From: an uncultured candidate division Zixibacteria bacterium | Lineage (GTDB): Bacteria > Zixibacteria > MSB-5A5 > GN15 > PGXB01 | NCBI GenBank assembly: GCA_963702205.1 | Contig: OY969724.1 | Coordinates: 3,264,001 to 3,328,000 of the forward strand | Reading direction: 5' to 3' | DNA: 64,000 nucleotides | Shown here: piece after piece, positions 28,690 to 39,263 of the stretch | Layout of the letters: every line of letters begins with the position of its first letter | Numbering within the stretch: position 1 is the first letter of the stretch | Position numbers and translations under genes: made by a program | The notes under the pieces: generated by a model | Database searches by the model: none | The model's input: only the letters and a program-made list of their open reading frames with translations | Told to the model about the DNA's origin: nothing

Positions 28690-29343
28690 TTAGGTGACAG
28701 CTATCCTGAACCGGCAAAACATGCCACCCCGAAGAGCGGATTCTATAAGTTCCACTTCGACCGGACGGTCCAGCATAAGTTCGTACCATTCCTTCACGTA
28801 TCCGAGCGAGCAATCGCAGTACGTTCCCGATAATCCCTCGGGATGAGATTCGGTCAGGGTGCAGAGGCACTGCCCCGCTTCTGCGGGAAGACCGGTTTCG
28901 GCGGCAGAGCTGAACATGAAATGAATAACGTTGTCTTCGACACGAATCGAACCATCGCTGACATTTTCTTCAACCCAGGTTTTATACTTTTCGAGAGTAA
29001 TCGGATTGATCTTCCGGCCGGACTCCTCGATCCAGGCCCGGTAGCATTTGCGGCCGTTGGCCATCATTATTTTGCGCCGGGTCGGCTCGTCCAGATTTTC
29101 GTCGAGGACGTCCATAAACCGCTTGAGCCATTTTTCGGCAAACTCCATGCGGACTTCGGATCTCGGTTTTTCGACCGACTCGGGCGGGATGCCTGAGGAT
29201 TCATCGGCATTGGCGTTCATCAATCCTCCCATCAGGACACAGGCACAGGTGCCGACACAGCAGCGCCCTGCGCTTTTTAAAAATTCTTTTCGATTCATCG
29301 GTATATCAGACATAGTCACCTCACGATATTTATATTTGAACAA
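28690..29343 (-). CDS. Cys-rich DUF6144-like protein with a Tat-like leader
   Basis: NRKEFLK leader, G..C, C.C...YC.CS.G and C.F.I. True start probably 29313. Confidence 0.6.
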   Translation of the reverse strand: MFKYKYREVTMSDIPMNRKEFLKSAGRCCVGTCACVLMGGLMNANADESSGIPPESVEKPRSEVRMEFAEKWLKRFMDVLDENLDEPTRRKIMMANGRKCYRAWIEESGRKINPITLEKYKTWVEENVSDGSIRVEDNVIHFMFSSAAETGLPAEAGQCLCTLTESHPEGLSGTYCDCSLGYVKEWYELMLDRPVEVELIESALRGGMFCRFRIAVT

Positions 29344-29437
29344 CGTCCAACTATATTCTGGTATTCAATATATAACATATAACGAAATTAAAGGCCGTGA
29401 GTTTAAAACCAGGCTAAGCTGTCGATGCCCGGCGGAT

Positions 29438-29767
29438 TTACCATTTCTTAAATATAAAAAAGACGGCGGCAATAATAAAGCCGAAACCGACGATATAATT
29501 CCACTTGATTTCCTCTTTGAGATACAAGACAGAAAAGACGCAAAACACTACCAGCGTGATTATTTCCTGAATGGTTTTCAACTGCGCCGCAGTGAACATC
29601 CCGTGACCTATCCGGTTGGCCGGGACCTGGAAACAATATTCAAAAAAGGCAATGCCCCAGCTAACGAAAATCACCGCCAAAAGCGGGGCCTTTTTATACT
29701 TCAGATGGCCATACCAGGCAAAAGTCATGAATATATTAGAGATTGTCAAAAGCAAGATGGTTTTCAT
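29438..29767 (-). CDS. DMT-family small membrane protein (DUF486)
   Basis: SNIFMTFAWYGHLK...SWGIAFFEYCFQVPANRIG signature. Confidence 0.9.
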   Translation of the reverse strand: MKTILLLTISNIFMTFAWYGHLKYKKAPLLAVIFVSWGIAFFEYCFQVPANRIGHGMFTAAQLKTIQEIITLVVFCVFSVLYLKEEIKWNYIVGFGFIIAAVFFIFKKW

Positions 29768-29870
29768 ACGGGCCTTTTCCTTTTATGCATCAATATTTCA
29801 GCCGGATTACAGCGGATATATTAATTCAGGAGGTGCCCGTATGGCAATATAAATCCGTCAGTATATGTTC

Positions 29871-31826
29871 TTACGGCTCCGGTCTTATCCGGACGCGGCG
29901 TTTGACCGTCTGTTCCCCGGTAGATACCAGGATATTATAGGTTCCTTCCGGCTGCCCGGTAATGTCGAGCGGCAGAATAGTGTCTTTCACAGCAGGATAG
30001 TCTTTTTCGAAAACGACAACTTTAGTGGAATCCGATTCGATTTTTATCTGCACATCGCTCGGGTCATCGGCGAATAAATACAGATCAAACGGCCCGCCTG
30101 TCCGAGTCGGAAATAGTCGGACCAGAGGCAAAGTGTCAGATATTTCCGCCGGCGGGGCGTCTTCGGAAGCGGTAAAACAGAAATTTATATCCCGCCCGAA
30201 ATCGGAATCGAAATTTTTGAGCAAATGCCCGTTCATATCCAGCAGGCGAACATACCCGTAACCGCCCTCGGTATTGAACCAGAATTCGAGGCCATCACCG
30301 GCCGTATCGGAAACGAGAAATTGATAGCAGCCCGGCTCCAGCGTAATGGTGTCGCGATAGGTCGAATCCGCGACCAGCGAGCCCAGCGCCCGCCCCTGCA
30401 CTATAATGCCGTCGCCATCGGATATCTGGTACGAATTATGCCACGGTTCATTATTGGTCCTGAAGACAAGAATGAATTTATTGTCGATCTCCGGCTGGAT
30501 TTTGGCAGTCGATGATGCCTTGTTGTCATCCGGGCATTCGTCGGTCATTCCGTTGGGCTTTTCGAGCGCTACCGTAAACGTCCGGCTGCCGCTTTCCGGC
30601 GAAAAACCTCCCGGCAGCGTGACATCTTCTATCTGCTGCGAGGCCAGATTTCCCCTCCATTTATATGTCGACATCTCCCCGCCTTCATAGCCGTAATGAA
30701 TCATAACCGAGTTGAGTTCTTCGCGGCCGTTGTTCTTTATCTTGAGTTCCGGCTGGCTGCAGAGCGGGTTCAGGCGGGAATATTCATCGTCGGTATTGGG
30801 CGAGATTATCTCGTCGACCGAAACGTCGTTGGCCGCCCATGGTTCAGTGCAATAAAAAAGGTAGGAATAAATACAATAATTCGCAGTCGGATGGTTCGGA
30901 TCGACATACGATTGCATATCGATATTAACCGAGTATGTCGACCCGGGTTTGATTGCAAAATCGTAATCATCGGGAGCGACAATCGAACCGGGACACCAGT
31001 TGGCGCGGTCGAAAATCCACGTGCCCGCCTGCGGATAGAGCGGATTACTTCCGCACTGTTGCCAGATTTCCCTGTGATCGATCAGCGTCGTGTCCAGATA
31101 AACCCGACGATATTTCTTGCAAAACTCGGCGCAGTTTTCGTAGTCATCCATGCCGTGCCCGGTCTGCACTATGCGCATGCGGGCGATTTTGGCCTTATCG
31201 TTCGAAAATGAGACGGGTGTAAGCAGGCTTTCTATCGGTTTTGATGTGTCACCGTACGGAAACGTCCCGCACCAGAGGGTATCCATACCAAGGCATTGCA
31301 TCGCCGGACGGCCCTCGGTCAGAGCAAAATCAACCGTAACTTTCCAGCCGCGATCGGTATTGCTTTCGTAACCGCCGTGACGAAACACCACTTCGACCGA
31401 ATCGTGCAGCAAAAAAGCGAAGTCGGTTATATCGACGTGCCATCTAAAATGCCAGGTCGAATCGAACCACCAGCCATACGGTGAAATTATCCGCGCCAGC
31501 TCCAGATCGAGCGTATCGCCGTTGCCTTTGTACTGCCGCAGCCAGACGTTGTCGATATAGTCCCATTCTCCGCAGTGAAGGCTGTCGGGACATTCAAAGG
31601 TTACATACAGCACTGCTTTTCTATATTGCACGCTGTCGGGCGGAAACAACGTCGTGCTCGGGTACAGGCTGAAGCCTTTCGACGGATCGGTCCTCGCTAT
31701 TATCTTATCATGGCTGACAACATGAACCACGTCCCCCTGTCCGGCCTGAACTGGTTGAAACGTATACATAAATATGATTACAACGGCGACAAAGATAACC
31801 GCAGCAAAGACGTTTGATATTTTCAA
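29871..31826 (-). CDS. Peptide-N-glycosidase F-related secreted protein
   Basis: CGEWDY, ELARIISPYG, TGHG...CAEFC and QAGTW.FDRANWCPG motifs, plus a C-terminal T9SS-CTD-like region. Confidence 0.85.
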   Translation of the reverse strand: MKISNVFAAVIFVAVVIIFMYTFQPVQAGQGDVVHVVSHDKIIARTDPSKGFSLYPSTTLFPPDSVQYRKAVLYVTFECPDSLHCGEWDYIDNVWLRQYKGNGDTLDLELARIISPYGWWFDSTWHFRWHVDITDFAFLLHDSVEVVFRHGGYESNTDRGWKVTVDFALTEGRPAMQCLGMDTLWCGTFPYGDTSKPIESLLTPVSFSNDKAKIARMRIVQTGHGMDDYENCAEFCKKYRRVYLDTTLIDHREIWQQCGSNPLYPQAGTWIFDRANWCPGSIVAPDDYDFAIKPGSTYSVNIDMQSYVDPNHPTANYCIYSYLFYCTEPWAANDVSVDEIISPNTDDEYSRLNPLCSQPELKIKNNGREELNSVMIHYGYEGGEMSTYKWRGNLASQQIEDVTLPGGFSPESGSRTFTVALEKPNGMTDECPDDNKASSTAKIQPEIDNKFILVFRTNNEPWHNSYQISDGDGIIVQGRALGSLVADSTYRDTITLEPGCYQFLVSDTAGDGLEFWFNTEGGYGYVRLLDMNGHLLKNFDSDFGRDINFCFTASEDAPPAEISDTLPLVRLFPTRTGGPFDLYLFADDPSDVQIKIESDSTKVVVFEKDYPAVKDTILPLDITGQPEGTYNILVSTGEQTVKRRVRIRPEP

Positions 31827-31931
31827 TTTAATTTCCCTCTCATATTACATATAGACCCAAAGTAATATTTTAGATAATCCCGCCGCATTTGTCTATTTGT
31901 TTTTAATTCTTGCAGGTCAAGCCCACTTGGG

Positions 31932-32248
31932 GGGTCGCCCACAGCTTGCTGTGGGTTCCGTCGATTTAATGATCCAAACAATCAGTCCCACAGCAAGCTG
32001 TGGGCGACCCGATCCAATGCCCGGATTAAAATATACGTCGTGATCGGTGGGTCCTCAGACCCACCGCCAACCCGGTCGATCTGAGGATCGACCCTTCAAT
32101 ATTCAGGCCAGGCCGGGCACAACGCAAGAAAGATCGGCTGGATCCGGTGCCCCACCACTTTAGTGGTGGGATGTCTTTGGAATGAGAAGAATGTCACGCC
32201 GCCCTTCGCTAGGCTCAGGACCTTCGGCGAGTCGGCGTGACCTACGGG
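31932..32248. repeat. Cluster of REP-like palindromes
   Basis: Perfect 24-bp inverted pair at 31932-31955/31987-32010. Further hairpins at 32045-32066, 32074-32093, 32146-32170 and 32192-32248. Confidence 0.75.
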
Positions 32249-32249
32249 A

Positions 32250-33341
32250 TTATTTATGTCTATTGTACTTTGCTATCTTAGACTGGTCGGTAAGAATATC
32301 TCCTTTTTTCGTAATTAGCACCAACGAGCAATCCTTTTTATCATCAATTTTGGGGAAACTGTTCAGCGATTTTCCTGCCGGTTTTGCGATGGTCCCCGTG
32401 TAACCAATATATTTTAAGCTGTTATCATTGTTGAAAACAAATTGTATCATTATAGTTTTGGTGTTCGGTGAATTACTGGCCGCATTCCATCCTGAAAAAT
32501 AAATCCCCAAGTCATTATATTCTCGAGGAATAGGTTTGAAGCTAAACTCTAGTTCAATGATGTCGCCTTTATGGATTGAGTATCCTATTGGATCGGGATA
32601 AGATAATATTTTTATGCCTTTGGTGCTTAGATGGATATCGACTCCGCCATCCGAGTCAGCGTTTGCTCTGAGTATGAAGTGAATAGAAGAAGTGTCATTA
32701 ATCTTCGGTGGCGGTGAGATATAATAATTGTAAGAGAAACCCCGGTCCAGATGCGGTTGATTTATGCCCTGAATAAATAGCGTGTCTTTGTTTTTATCGA
32801 AAAATGATACTTTAGATGACTCGCAATGTATTGCCAGAGGCTTATATTCTCCACAATATTGCAATAATCCATCTTCATCAAAACAATATGAAAACGATAT
32901 TCCGCTTATCGGGCTTAAGTAACACCTGTCTTGATTGAGTCTATATAAATATAGTCCGATATTCCAGGTCCCAGATTTTAAAGGCTGAAGTTCAAACGAA
33001 CCAGTAAATTTATCTCCTTTTTTATGCGGACCCGGCCAGGCAAAAAGCGTATCACCAATTATCCGGCTGCCATTTTCACCAAAATCCAGCTTCAATTCCC
33101 AATCCTGGTCGAGATAATACTTATGGTCGTTTATGATCTCGATTTCATAATTTACCTTTGATATTTTATCCGGGGACAAGGCCGGCTCTATCTTGAAACT
33201 CCCAATAAATGGTTTGAGTTCAGGGCCTATTCCATTTGGGAAAAGTTGTGTCGTATCCGCAATATATTGATTAACATCGGCTCCTATCGCCAAGCCGCCG
33301 TATATTGTCAGTAAAAAAAGTAATAATATTCTCACAACCAC
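32250..33341 (-). CDS. Hypothetical secreted protein (AT-rich)
   Basis: 363-aa ORF with a signal peptide. Its GTG start abuts the mazG stop. Confidence 0.7.
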   Translation of the reverse strand: MVVRILLLFLLTIYGGLAIGADVNQYIADTTQLFPNGIGPELKPFIGSFKIEPALSPDKISKVNYEIEIINDHKYYLDQDWELKLDFGENGSRIIGDTLFAWPGPHKKGDKFTGSFELQPLKSGTWNIGLYLYRLNQDRCYLSPISGISFSYCFDEDGLLQYCGEYKPLAIHCESSKVSFFDKNKDTLFIQGINQPHLDRGFSYNYYISPPPKINDTSSIHFILRANADSDGGVDIHLSTKGIKILSYPDPIGYSIHKGDIIELEFSFKPIPREYNDLGIYFSGWNAASNSPNTKTIMIQFVFNNDNSLKYIGYTGTIAKPAGKSLNSFPKIDDKKDCSLVLITKKGDILTDQSKIAKYNRHK

Positions 33342-33342
33342 C

Positions 33343-34113
33343 TCACCCCTTCGCTTCCTGCCACCAGGATTCCAGTTCGTCGAGCGAAAACTCGGAGAAA
33401 CCTTTGCCGGACTCGCGGACTTTGTCTTCGATATAATTGAAACGCTTCTGGAATTTCAATAGTGTACGGTTCAGCGCCTGTTCGGGGTTTATGTCCAGCT
33501 TACGGGCCAGCGATGATATCGCAAACAGCACGTCGCCGATTTCGTCTTCGAGTTCGTCCTTACCGCCGTTGTGTATCTCATGCTCGATCTCGCCGATCTC
33601 TTCTTTGATTTTGTCGAGCACGTCGGACGGCTTGTTCCAGTCGAACCCGACCCCGCCGGCCTTCTCCCCGAACCGGAACGCCTTCACCAGCGCCGGGGCG
33701 GATTTGGGAATGCCGTTGATAACCGATTTCTTCTCCCCCGATTCGACCTTGATTTTCTCCCACTGGTCCCGCACCTCCTGCGGATTCAGGTCTTTCTTCT
33801 CACCGAAGACATGCGGGTGACGGTGAATCAATTTGGCGTTGATCGCGTCGAGAGAGTCATCGATATTGAACCTCCCCTCCTCCTCGGCGATCTGCGCGTG
33901 GAAGGCGATCTGGCAAAACAGGTCGCCCAGCTCTTCTTTGAGGTCGTCGTCGGATTCGTTTTCAATGGCTTCGACCACTTCGTAGGTTTCTTCGACGAGG
34001 TACGGCAGCAGGCTTTTGTGCGTCTGCTTGCGGTCCCAGTTGCAGCCGCCGGGAGCGCGCAAAGTGGCCATAATTTTCCGTAACTTCATAAACGGCGTAA
34101 GGTTATCAAACAT
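33343..34113 (-). CDS. mazG: Nucleoside triphosphate pyrophosphohydrolase MazG
   Basis: LRAPGGC.WDRKQT, EETYE, EELGD, RHPHVF and tandem MazG domains. Start at ATG 34113 assumed. Confidence 0.95.
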   Translation of the reverse strand: MFDNLTPFMKLRKIMATLRAPGGCNWDRKQTHKSLLPYLVEETYEVVEAIENESDDDLKEELGDLFCQIAFHAQIAEEEGRFNIDDSLDAINAKLIHRHPHVFGEKKDLNPQEVRDQWEKIKVESGEKKSVINGIPKSAPALVKAFRFGEKAGGVGFDWNKPSDVLDKIKEEIGEIEHEIHNGGKDELEDEIGDVLFAISSLARKLDINPEQALNRTLLKFQKRFNYIEDKVRESGKGFSEFSLDELESWWQEAKG

Positions 34114-34210
34114 ATTCGATTTTTCCTCTTGTCTCGCAACAATTTGACGATATTTAACCTTAATACGAAGGCATATACCCAATATTGCGACTTTTTGGCT
34201 TTCCGTCAAC

Positions 34211-34238
34211 TTGACAAACAGGTATTTTTGGGTATAAT
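34211..34238 (+). promoter_or_regulatory. Sigma70 promoter of valS
   Basis: TTGACA-N16-TATAAT. Confidence 0.75.
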
Positions 34239-34276
34239 CCAAGGTTTATATGCTAAAATATAAACGGATTTAGATT

Positions 34277-36949
34277 ATGGCAACAGAGATAAAGACAAAA
34301 CCGAAGGGCAAGGCCTACGATCCCAAGGCGGTCGAGGACCGGCTTTATGAAAAATGGCTGTCGGCCGGATATTTCAAAGGCAACCCGGACAGCGACAAGA
34401 AGGCCTATTCAATTGTCATCCCACCGCCGAATGTCACCGACATTCTGCACCTCGGCCACGCTCTGAACAATACCATTCAGGATATACTGGTTCGCCAGAA
34501 GCGGATGAACGGCTACGAGGGTGAATGGCTGCCGGGTGCGGATCACGCCGGTATCGCCACCCAGGTCGTGGTCGAAAAGCAGTTGGCCGCCGAGGGCACT
34601 ACCCGCCGTGAACTGGGCCGCGAAAAATTCCACGAACGCACCGCCAAATGGGCCTATCGCAATAAAGAGATAATCCTCGGACAGCTGAAAAAGCTCGGCT
34701 GCTCGGCCGACTGGGACCGGACTCGGTTTACGATCGACGACGCCATGTCCGATGCCGTCCGCGATGTTTTCATACACCTCTACGAAAAAGACCTGATCTA
34801 CCGAGGGCACCGCATCGTCAACTGGTGTCCATCGTGTCTGACGTCGATCTCCGACGACGAAGTCGAGCACGTCGACAAAGACGGCAACCTGTGGTACATC
34901 AGGTATAAGATAAAAGGGTCCGATGAATTCCTGACGGTCGCGACGACTCGTCCGGAAACGATGCTCGGCGACACGGCGCTGGCGGTCAATCCCAAAGATA
35001 CGAAGTACAAAAAATATGTCGGCAAGACGGCCATATTGCCGATTCTCGAACGGGAACTGCCGATCATCGCCGACGGTTACGTCGACCCGCAGTTCGGCAC
35101 GGGAGTGGTTAAAGTCACCCCGGCCCATGACCCCAACGACTTTGAGATCAGTCTGCGTCACGACCTGAAGGAAATCAATATTCTCAACATCGACGGTACC
35201 CTCAACGCCGAAGCCGGCAAGTTCAAGGGCCTGGATCGTTACGAAGCCCGCAAAAAGCTGGTGACCGAACTGGAAAAGAAAGGGCATCTGGAAAAAATAG
35301 AAAAACACGACCTCGCCGTCGGTACCTGCTATCGCTGCCACAAAGAAATCGAACCGTACCTTTCGGAGCAGTGGTTCGTGCGCATGGCTCCGCTGGCCAA
35401 ACCGGCGGTCGAAGCGGTCAAGAGCGGCAAGCTTTGCTTCCACCCGGAGCACTGGTCCAAGACTTACCTGCACTGGATGGAAAACATCCGCGACTGGTGC
35501 ATCTCGCGCCAGCTCTGGTGGGGGCACCGCATTCCGGTGTACTATTGCGAGGACTGCGGCGAAATCATGGTCGCCCGGGAAATGCCGGAAAAATGCACCA
35601 AGTGCGGCGAAAGCAAGATTGTGCAGGACGAAGATGTCCTCGATACCTGGTTTTCCTCATGGCTCTGGCCGTTTTCCACTTTCGGATGGCCGGACAAAGA
35701 TGATCCGATGCTTATAAAGTTTTATCCAACCAACGTCCTCGTGACCGCCCACGAAATCATTTTCCTCTGGGTGGCGCGGATGGTTATGGCCGGTTATGAA
35801 TTCATGGGCGAACTGCCGTTCACCGACGTTTATATCCACGGCATCGTCCGCGATTCCAACGGGATTAAAATGTCAAAATCGCTCGGAAACGGAATCGACC
35901 CGCTGGAAATTATCGCAAAGCACGGCGCCGATTCTCTGCGCTACAGCCTGCTCCTGGCGACGCCCGATGGACAGGACCCGTGGATTTCCAAAAATACCTT
36001 CGAGATCGGACGGAATTTTGTCAACAAGATATATCAGGTGTCGCGGTTTGTAATGATGCGCCTCGGTGAGCAGCAATTCGATTATAATGATTTCAAAGAA
36101 GATGACCTGATTCTCGTCGACCGCTGGATTCTATCGCGCCTGACCAATACCATCGCAACCATCAATCGCAATTTCGCCGAGTTTCGGTTGTCGGCGGCGG
36201 CCAAAGCGCTTTATAGCTTCGTCTGGAACGACTACTGCTCGTGGTACGTCGAGCTTATTAAGCCGGATGCTCCGGATCTGCCAATACGCGAGACATCACT
36301 TAAGGTGGCCGTCTACACGCTGGACAAGATTCTAAAGCTTCTCCAGCCGTTTATTCCGTTTGTTACCGAAGAAATCAACTCCGATTTGCGGGAGAGATTT
36401 CCGTCGAATCCGGAGACGCTCTTCTTTGGCCCGTGGCCGCAGGAACTGGCCAAGTACAAAGATGAATCGCTGGAAAACTCGCTGGAATCGATTCAGGCCG
36501 TCGTAAATGCCGTACGCTCGGTTCGAGCCGAGATGAATGTCCCGCCGGGCAAACGATCTGATTTATATATTCGTGTGGCCAACGCCGACCTGGCCGAAGT
36601 GCTCGAAAGCTATCAGGATTATTTCCGGTCGCTGGCCAAGATTGAAAAGCTGCATATCGGTCCCAAGATCAAAAAGCCGGGGCTGTCGGCATCGGCGGTT
36701 ATCTCGGGTGCGGAGATATTTATTCCTCTCGAGGGCTTGATCAACATCGATTCCGAAAAGGTCCGTCTCGAAAAAGAGCTCAAGAACCTGAAAGGGCATT
36801 TGGAAAACCTGTCCAAAAAGCTGGCCAATGCCGACTTTTTGAAAAACGCCCCCGACGATGTCATCGAAAAAGAACGCATGCGCAAAGCCGATATCGAAGA
36901 CCGGGTCGAAAAGCTCAATAAAAATCTGGAACAACTCATGGGCTGGTAA
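34277..36949 (+). CDS. valS: Valine--tRNA ligase
   Basis: PPPNVT..LHLGH (HIGH), KMSKS, WCISRQLWWGHRIP and a C-terminal coiled coil. Confidence 0.98.
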   Translation: MATEIKTKPKGKAYDPKAVEDRLYEKWLSAGYFKGNPDSDKKAYSIVIPPPNVTDILHLGHALNNTIQDILVRQKRMNGYEGEWLPGADHAGIATQVVVEKQLAAEGTTRRELGREKFHERTAKWAYRNKEIILGQLKKLGCSADWDRTRFTIDDAMSDAVRDVFIHLYEKDLIYRGHRIVNWCPSCLTSISDDEVEHVDKDGNLWYIRYKIKGSDEFLTVATTRPETMLGDTALAVNPKDTKYKKYVGKTAILPILERELPIIADGYVDPQFGTGVVKVTPAHDPNDFEISLRHDLKEINILNIDGTLNAEAGKFKGLDRYEARKKLVTELEKKGHLEKIEKHDLAVGTCYRCHKEIEPYLSEQWFVRMAPLAKPAVEAVKSGKLCFHPEHWSKTYLHWMENIRDWCISRQLWWGHRIPVYYCEDCGEIMVAREMPEKCTKCGESKIVQDEDVLDTWFSSWLWPFSTFGWPDKDDPMLIKFYPTNVLVTAHEIIFLWVARMVMAGYEFMGELPFTDVYIHGIVRDSNGIKMSKSLGNGIDPLEIIAKHGADSLRYSLLLATPDGQDPWISKNTFEIGRNFVNKIYQVSRFVMMRLGEQQFDYNDFKEDDLILVDRWILSRLTNTIATINRNFAEFRLSAAAKALYSFVWNDYCSWYVELIKPDAPDLPIRETSLKVAVYTLDKILKLLQPFIPFVTEEINSDLRERFPSNPETLFFGPWPQELAKYKDESLENSLESIQAVVNAVRSVRAEMNVPPGKRSDLYIRVANADLAEVLESYQDYFRSLAKIEKLHIGPKIKKPGLSASAVISGAEIFIPLEGLINIDSEKVRLEKELKNLKGHLENLSKKLANADFLKNAPDDVIEKERMRKADIEDRVEKLNKNLEQLMGW

Positions 36950-36966
36950 CCGAGATTACCGAAAAT

Positions 36967-37000
36967 AAAAAAACCCCCGACCAAAGCCGGGGGTTTTTTT
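36967..37000. terminator. Bidirectional intrinsic terminator
   Basis: A7-CCCCCG...CGGGGG-T7 between convergent genes. Confidence 0.85.
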
Positions 37001-37014
37001 ATTCAAAATTTTTC

Positions 37015-37482
37015 TCAATTACCTTTGTTAAACTCGCCAATATAGTCCTGAATAGCCCGCGCGCCGACGGCATCGGGGTACGATGAAATCTCCACGGGAA
37101 TAAAATGATCTGTTGCCTGCGGAAAATATTCTTTGCAAAAACCATTAATTTGCTGTCCAAGCCGCCTGGCGGCAGCCTCTGCCCCCTGACGCGAGGTCTC
37201 GGGAAGCAACAGCCCGACTTTTATGTTGTTGCTGTTTGAAATGGCGTCGATCTCGCGAACAGTATGGCCAATAAATGAGCGGATATCGGAAAGAAATTTC
37301 TCCCTAATTTCTTCTTCGGTCACACCGGCACTTCCGCCTCTATCGACGACGGGTCCGAGATTGAAAATCAGCAGGGATAAAAAAATGCGGTATCGCTCCG
37401 CCCGTTTTAGTTCATACTCTATTCGTGAGGCAAAGTCATGTTCTATCAGTGCTGCCATTTTATGCTCAAACATGTTTATCAA
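37015..37482 (-). CDS. Degenerate GGDEF-fold protein
   Basis: EYELKRAERY...LSLL, VREID, LLLPETS..GA..AA.RL and SSYP.A. No GGDEF motif. Confidence 0.65.
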   Translation of the reverse strand: MINMFEHKMAALIEHDFASRIEYELKRAERYRIFLSLLIFNLGPVVDRGGSAGVTEEEIREKFLSDIRSFIGHTVREIDAISNSNNIKVGLLLPETSRQGAEAAARRLGQQINGFCKEYFPQATDHFIPVEISSYPDAVGARAIQDYIGEFNKGN

Positions 37483-37531
37483 ATCTTACGCACTTCGCAG
37501 TTAATTTATACATTTATACAACCACCATATA

Positions 37532-37547
37532 AGCAATTTTCGTTCCA
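37532..37547 (-). promoter_or_regulatory. Putative sigma54 promoter of the GGDEF-like gene
   Basis: TGGAACGAAAATTGCT. TGCA-rich palindromes at about 37703-37737 may be enhancer sites. Confidence 0.55.
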
Positions 37548-37762
37548 TATATCACAATATATACTTTATAATCGTATAATAGATATATATATCTATTATA
37601 ACGGCCGGAGCGCCTGTAAGCGAGCGGGTTAGAGGCATAAATCTTTTCCTTGCACAAACTTGCCGCCATAAAGTCGATGAGGTTATCAACAATTTGATAG
37701 AAATGCACTGCACAATATATGCATAATTTTGCATGCAATCGGTCGATAAATGCGCAGGAAAT

Positions 37763-39172
37763 TTATTTTGTGGAATTAAGATTGTAGTCTTTAATTTTAT
37801 ACAAAAGAGAGCGATAGCTTATTTCGAGAATATCGGCGGCCTTGCGACGGTTCCAATTGACGCTGTTTAGAACGTCCCGGATCAGCCGTTTCTCCTCACG
37901 CGCTATGGCCGCGCCGACTCTTTTCTTGAGAGAGAATGTCCCGGCCAGTTCCGGATCGCTGTCGAGATCATCAGCTTCCGCCTGGGCATTTCGTACGGTG
38001 TGTCCCGATGACCCGTTGGACAGGTCCTCGGCAATAGATTCATCGCCGCGCACAACAATCTGCTTGATAAGATTCTCAAGTTGACGGACATTACCCGGCC
38101 AGTTGAACCCGACCATTTTTGCCATGGTGTCAGGCGACAACGGCGGAGCTTCTTTTTGATAAAGCTGATTGTACTTTTCGATAAAATGATTTATTAAAAG
38201 GGAAACATCTTCTTTTCTTTCCCTGAGCGGCGGCAGCGTGATGGTAATTTCATTGAGACGATAAAACAGATCGTCGCGGAATTCATTACGGCCGATGGCT
38301 TCATCGAGATTTTTATTAGTGGCACAGATAATTCGCACGTCGACGTGGATATTGTTTATCCCGCCGACCCTGACAAATTCCTGCTGCTCCAGAACCTGCA
38401 GCAGCTTCGATTGCAGTTCCAGTGGCATATCGCCGATTTCATCGAGGAATATCGAACCCTTGTTGGCCACCTCGAAACGCCCCGGTTTGGTCTTGTGGGC
38501 CCCGGTGAAGGCGCCTTTCTCGTAACCGAACAGCTCGGCTTCGAGAAGATCGCGCGGTATGGCCGCGCAGTTGACCTTGGTGAACGGCTGGTCAGAGCGT
38601 CCGGACATCGCGTGCAGCATGCGTGCGACTATTTCCTTACCGGTCCCGGATTCACCGCGAATCAACACCGACAATTCCGAATCGGCCACCTGCTCGACGA
38701 TGTCTTTAACTTTGACCATCTTGGAGGAATCGCCGATAAATTTTTCGTGGGAATTACGGGCCTTAAGCTCGGTTTTAAGAACCCTGACTTCGTCTTTAAG
38801 CCTGGTCTTGTCCAGAATGGTCTGGATATGCAGCTCGACTTCTTTGACATCGAACGGCTTGTTGATAAACTCAGCCGCACCCAGATGAATCGACTCGACA
38901 ATATTCTTGGTCTCGCCGTGACCGGACAGCATGATGATTTCGGGCCGGTCTTCCAGACGACCCAGCTTTTCAAGGACTTCCAGACCGGTCATGCCCGGCA
39001 TCTTGATATCCAGAAGAATCAGATCGGGCTTTTCGGTGGACACCATTTGAATACCCTCGATCCCGTCGCGGGCCGAGGTTATTTCATATCTTGACGGAAG
39101 CCCCTCCGAAAGAATCCACGAAACCTTGGGGTCATCGTCGATAACCAGTATTTTTGTCTTGTCTTTTTTCAT
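37763..39172 (-). CDS. Sigma54-dependent NtrC-family response regulator
   Basis: REC domain, GESGTGKE, GAFTGA, FLDEIGD, WPGNVRQL and a Fis HTH. Confidence 0.95.
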   Translation of the reverse strand: MKKDKTKILVIDDDPKVSWILSEGLPSRYEITSARDGIEGIQMVSTEKPDLILLDIKMPGMTGLEVLEKLGRLEDRPEIIMLSGHGETKNIVESIHLGAAEFINKPFDVKEVELHIQTILDKTRLKDEVRVLKTELKARNSHEKFIGDSSKMVKVKDIVEQVADSELSVLIRGESGTGKEIVARMLHAMSGRSDQPFTKVNCAAIPRDLLEAELFGYEKGAFTGAHKTKPGRFEVANKGSIFLDEIGDMPLELQSKLLQVLEQQEFVRVGGINNIHVDVRIICATNKNLDEAIGRNEFRDDLFYRLNEITITLPPLRERKEDVSLLINHFIEKYNQLYQKEAPPLSPDTMAKMVGFNWPGNVRQLENLIKQIVVRGDESIAEDLSNGSSGHTVRNAQAEADDLDSDPELAGTFSLKKRVGAAIAREEKRLIRDVLNSVNWNRRKAADILEISYRSLLYKIKDYNLNSTK

Positions 39173-39263
39173 ATTTACAGGACTTATATATTTATCGTCA
39201 ATGGATGTGAAAAATCAAGCCATTTGTTAAATTTATGCTATTTTTTTGCAACATATTGCAGGA

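Noticed and set aside
34409..35527. 372-aa antisense ORF
   Set aside because: Shadow of valS. The same applies to 46243-47331 (porX/tsaE), 54496-55371 (ftsA) and the many other short antisense ORFs.
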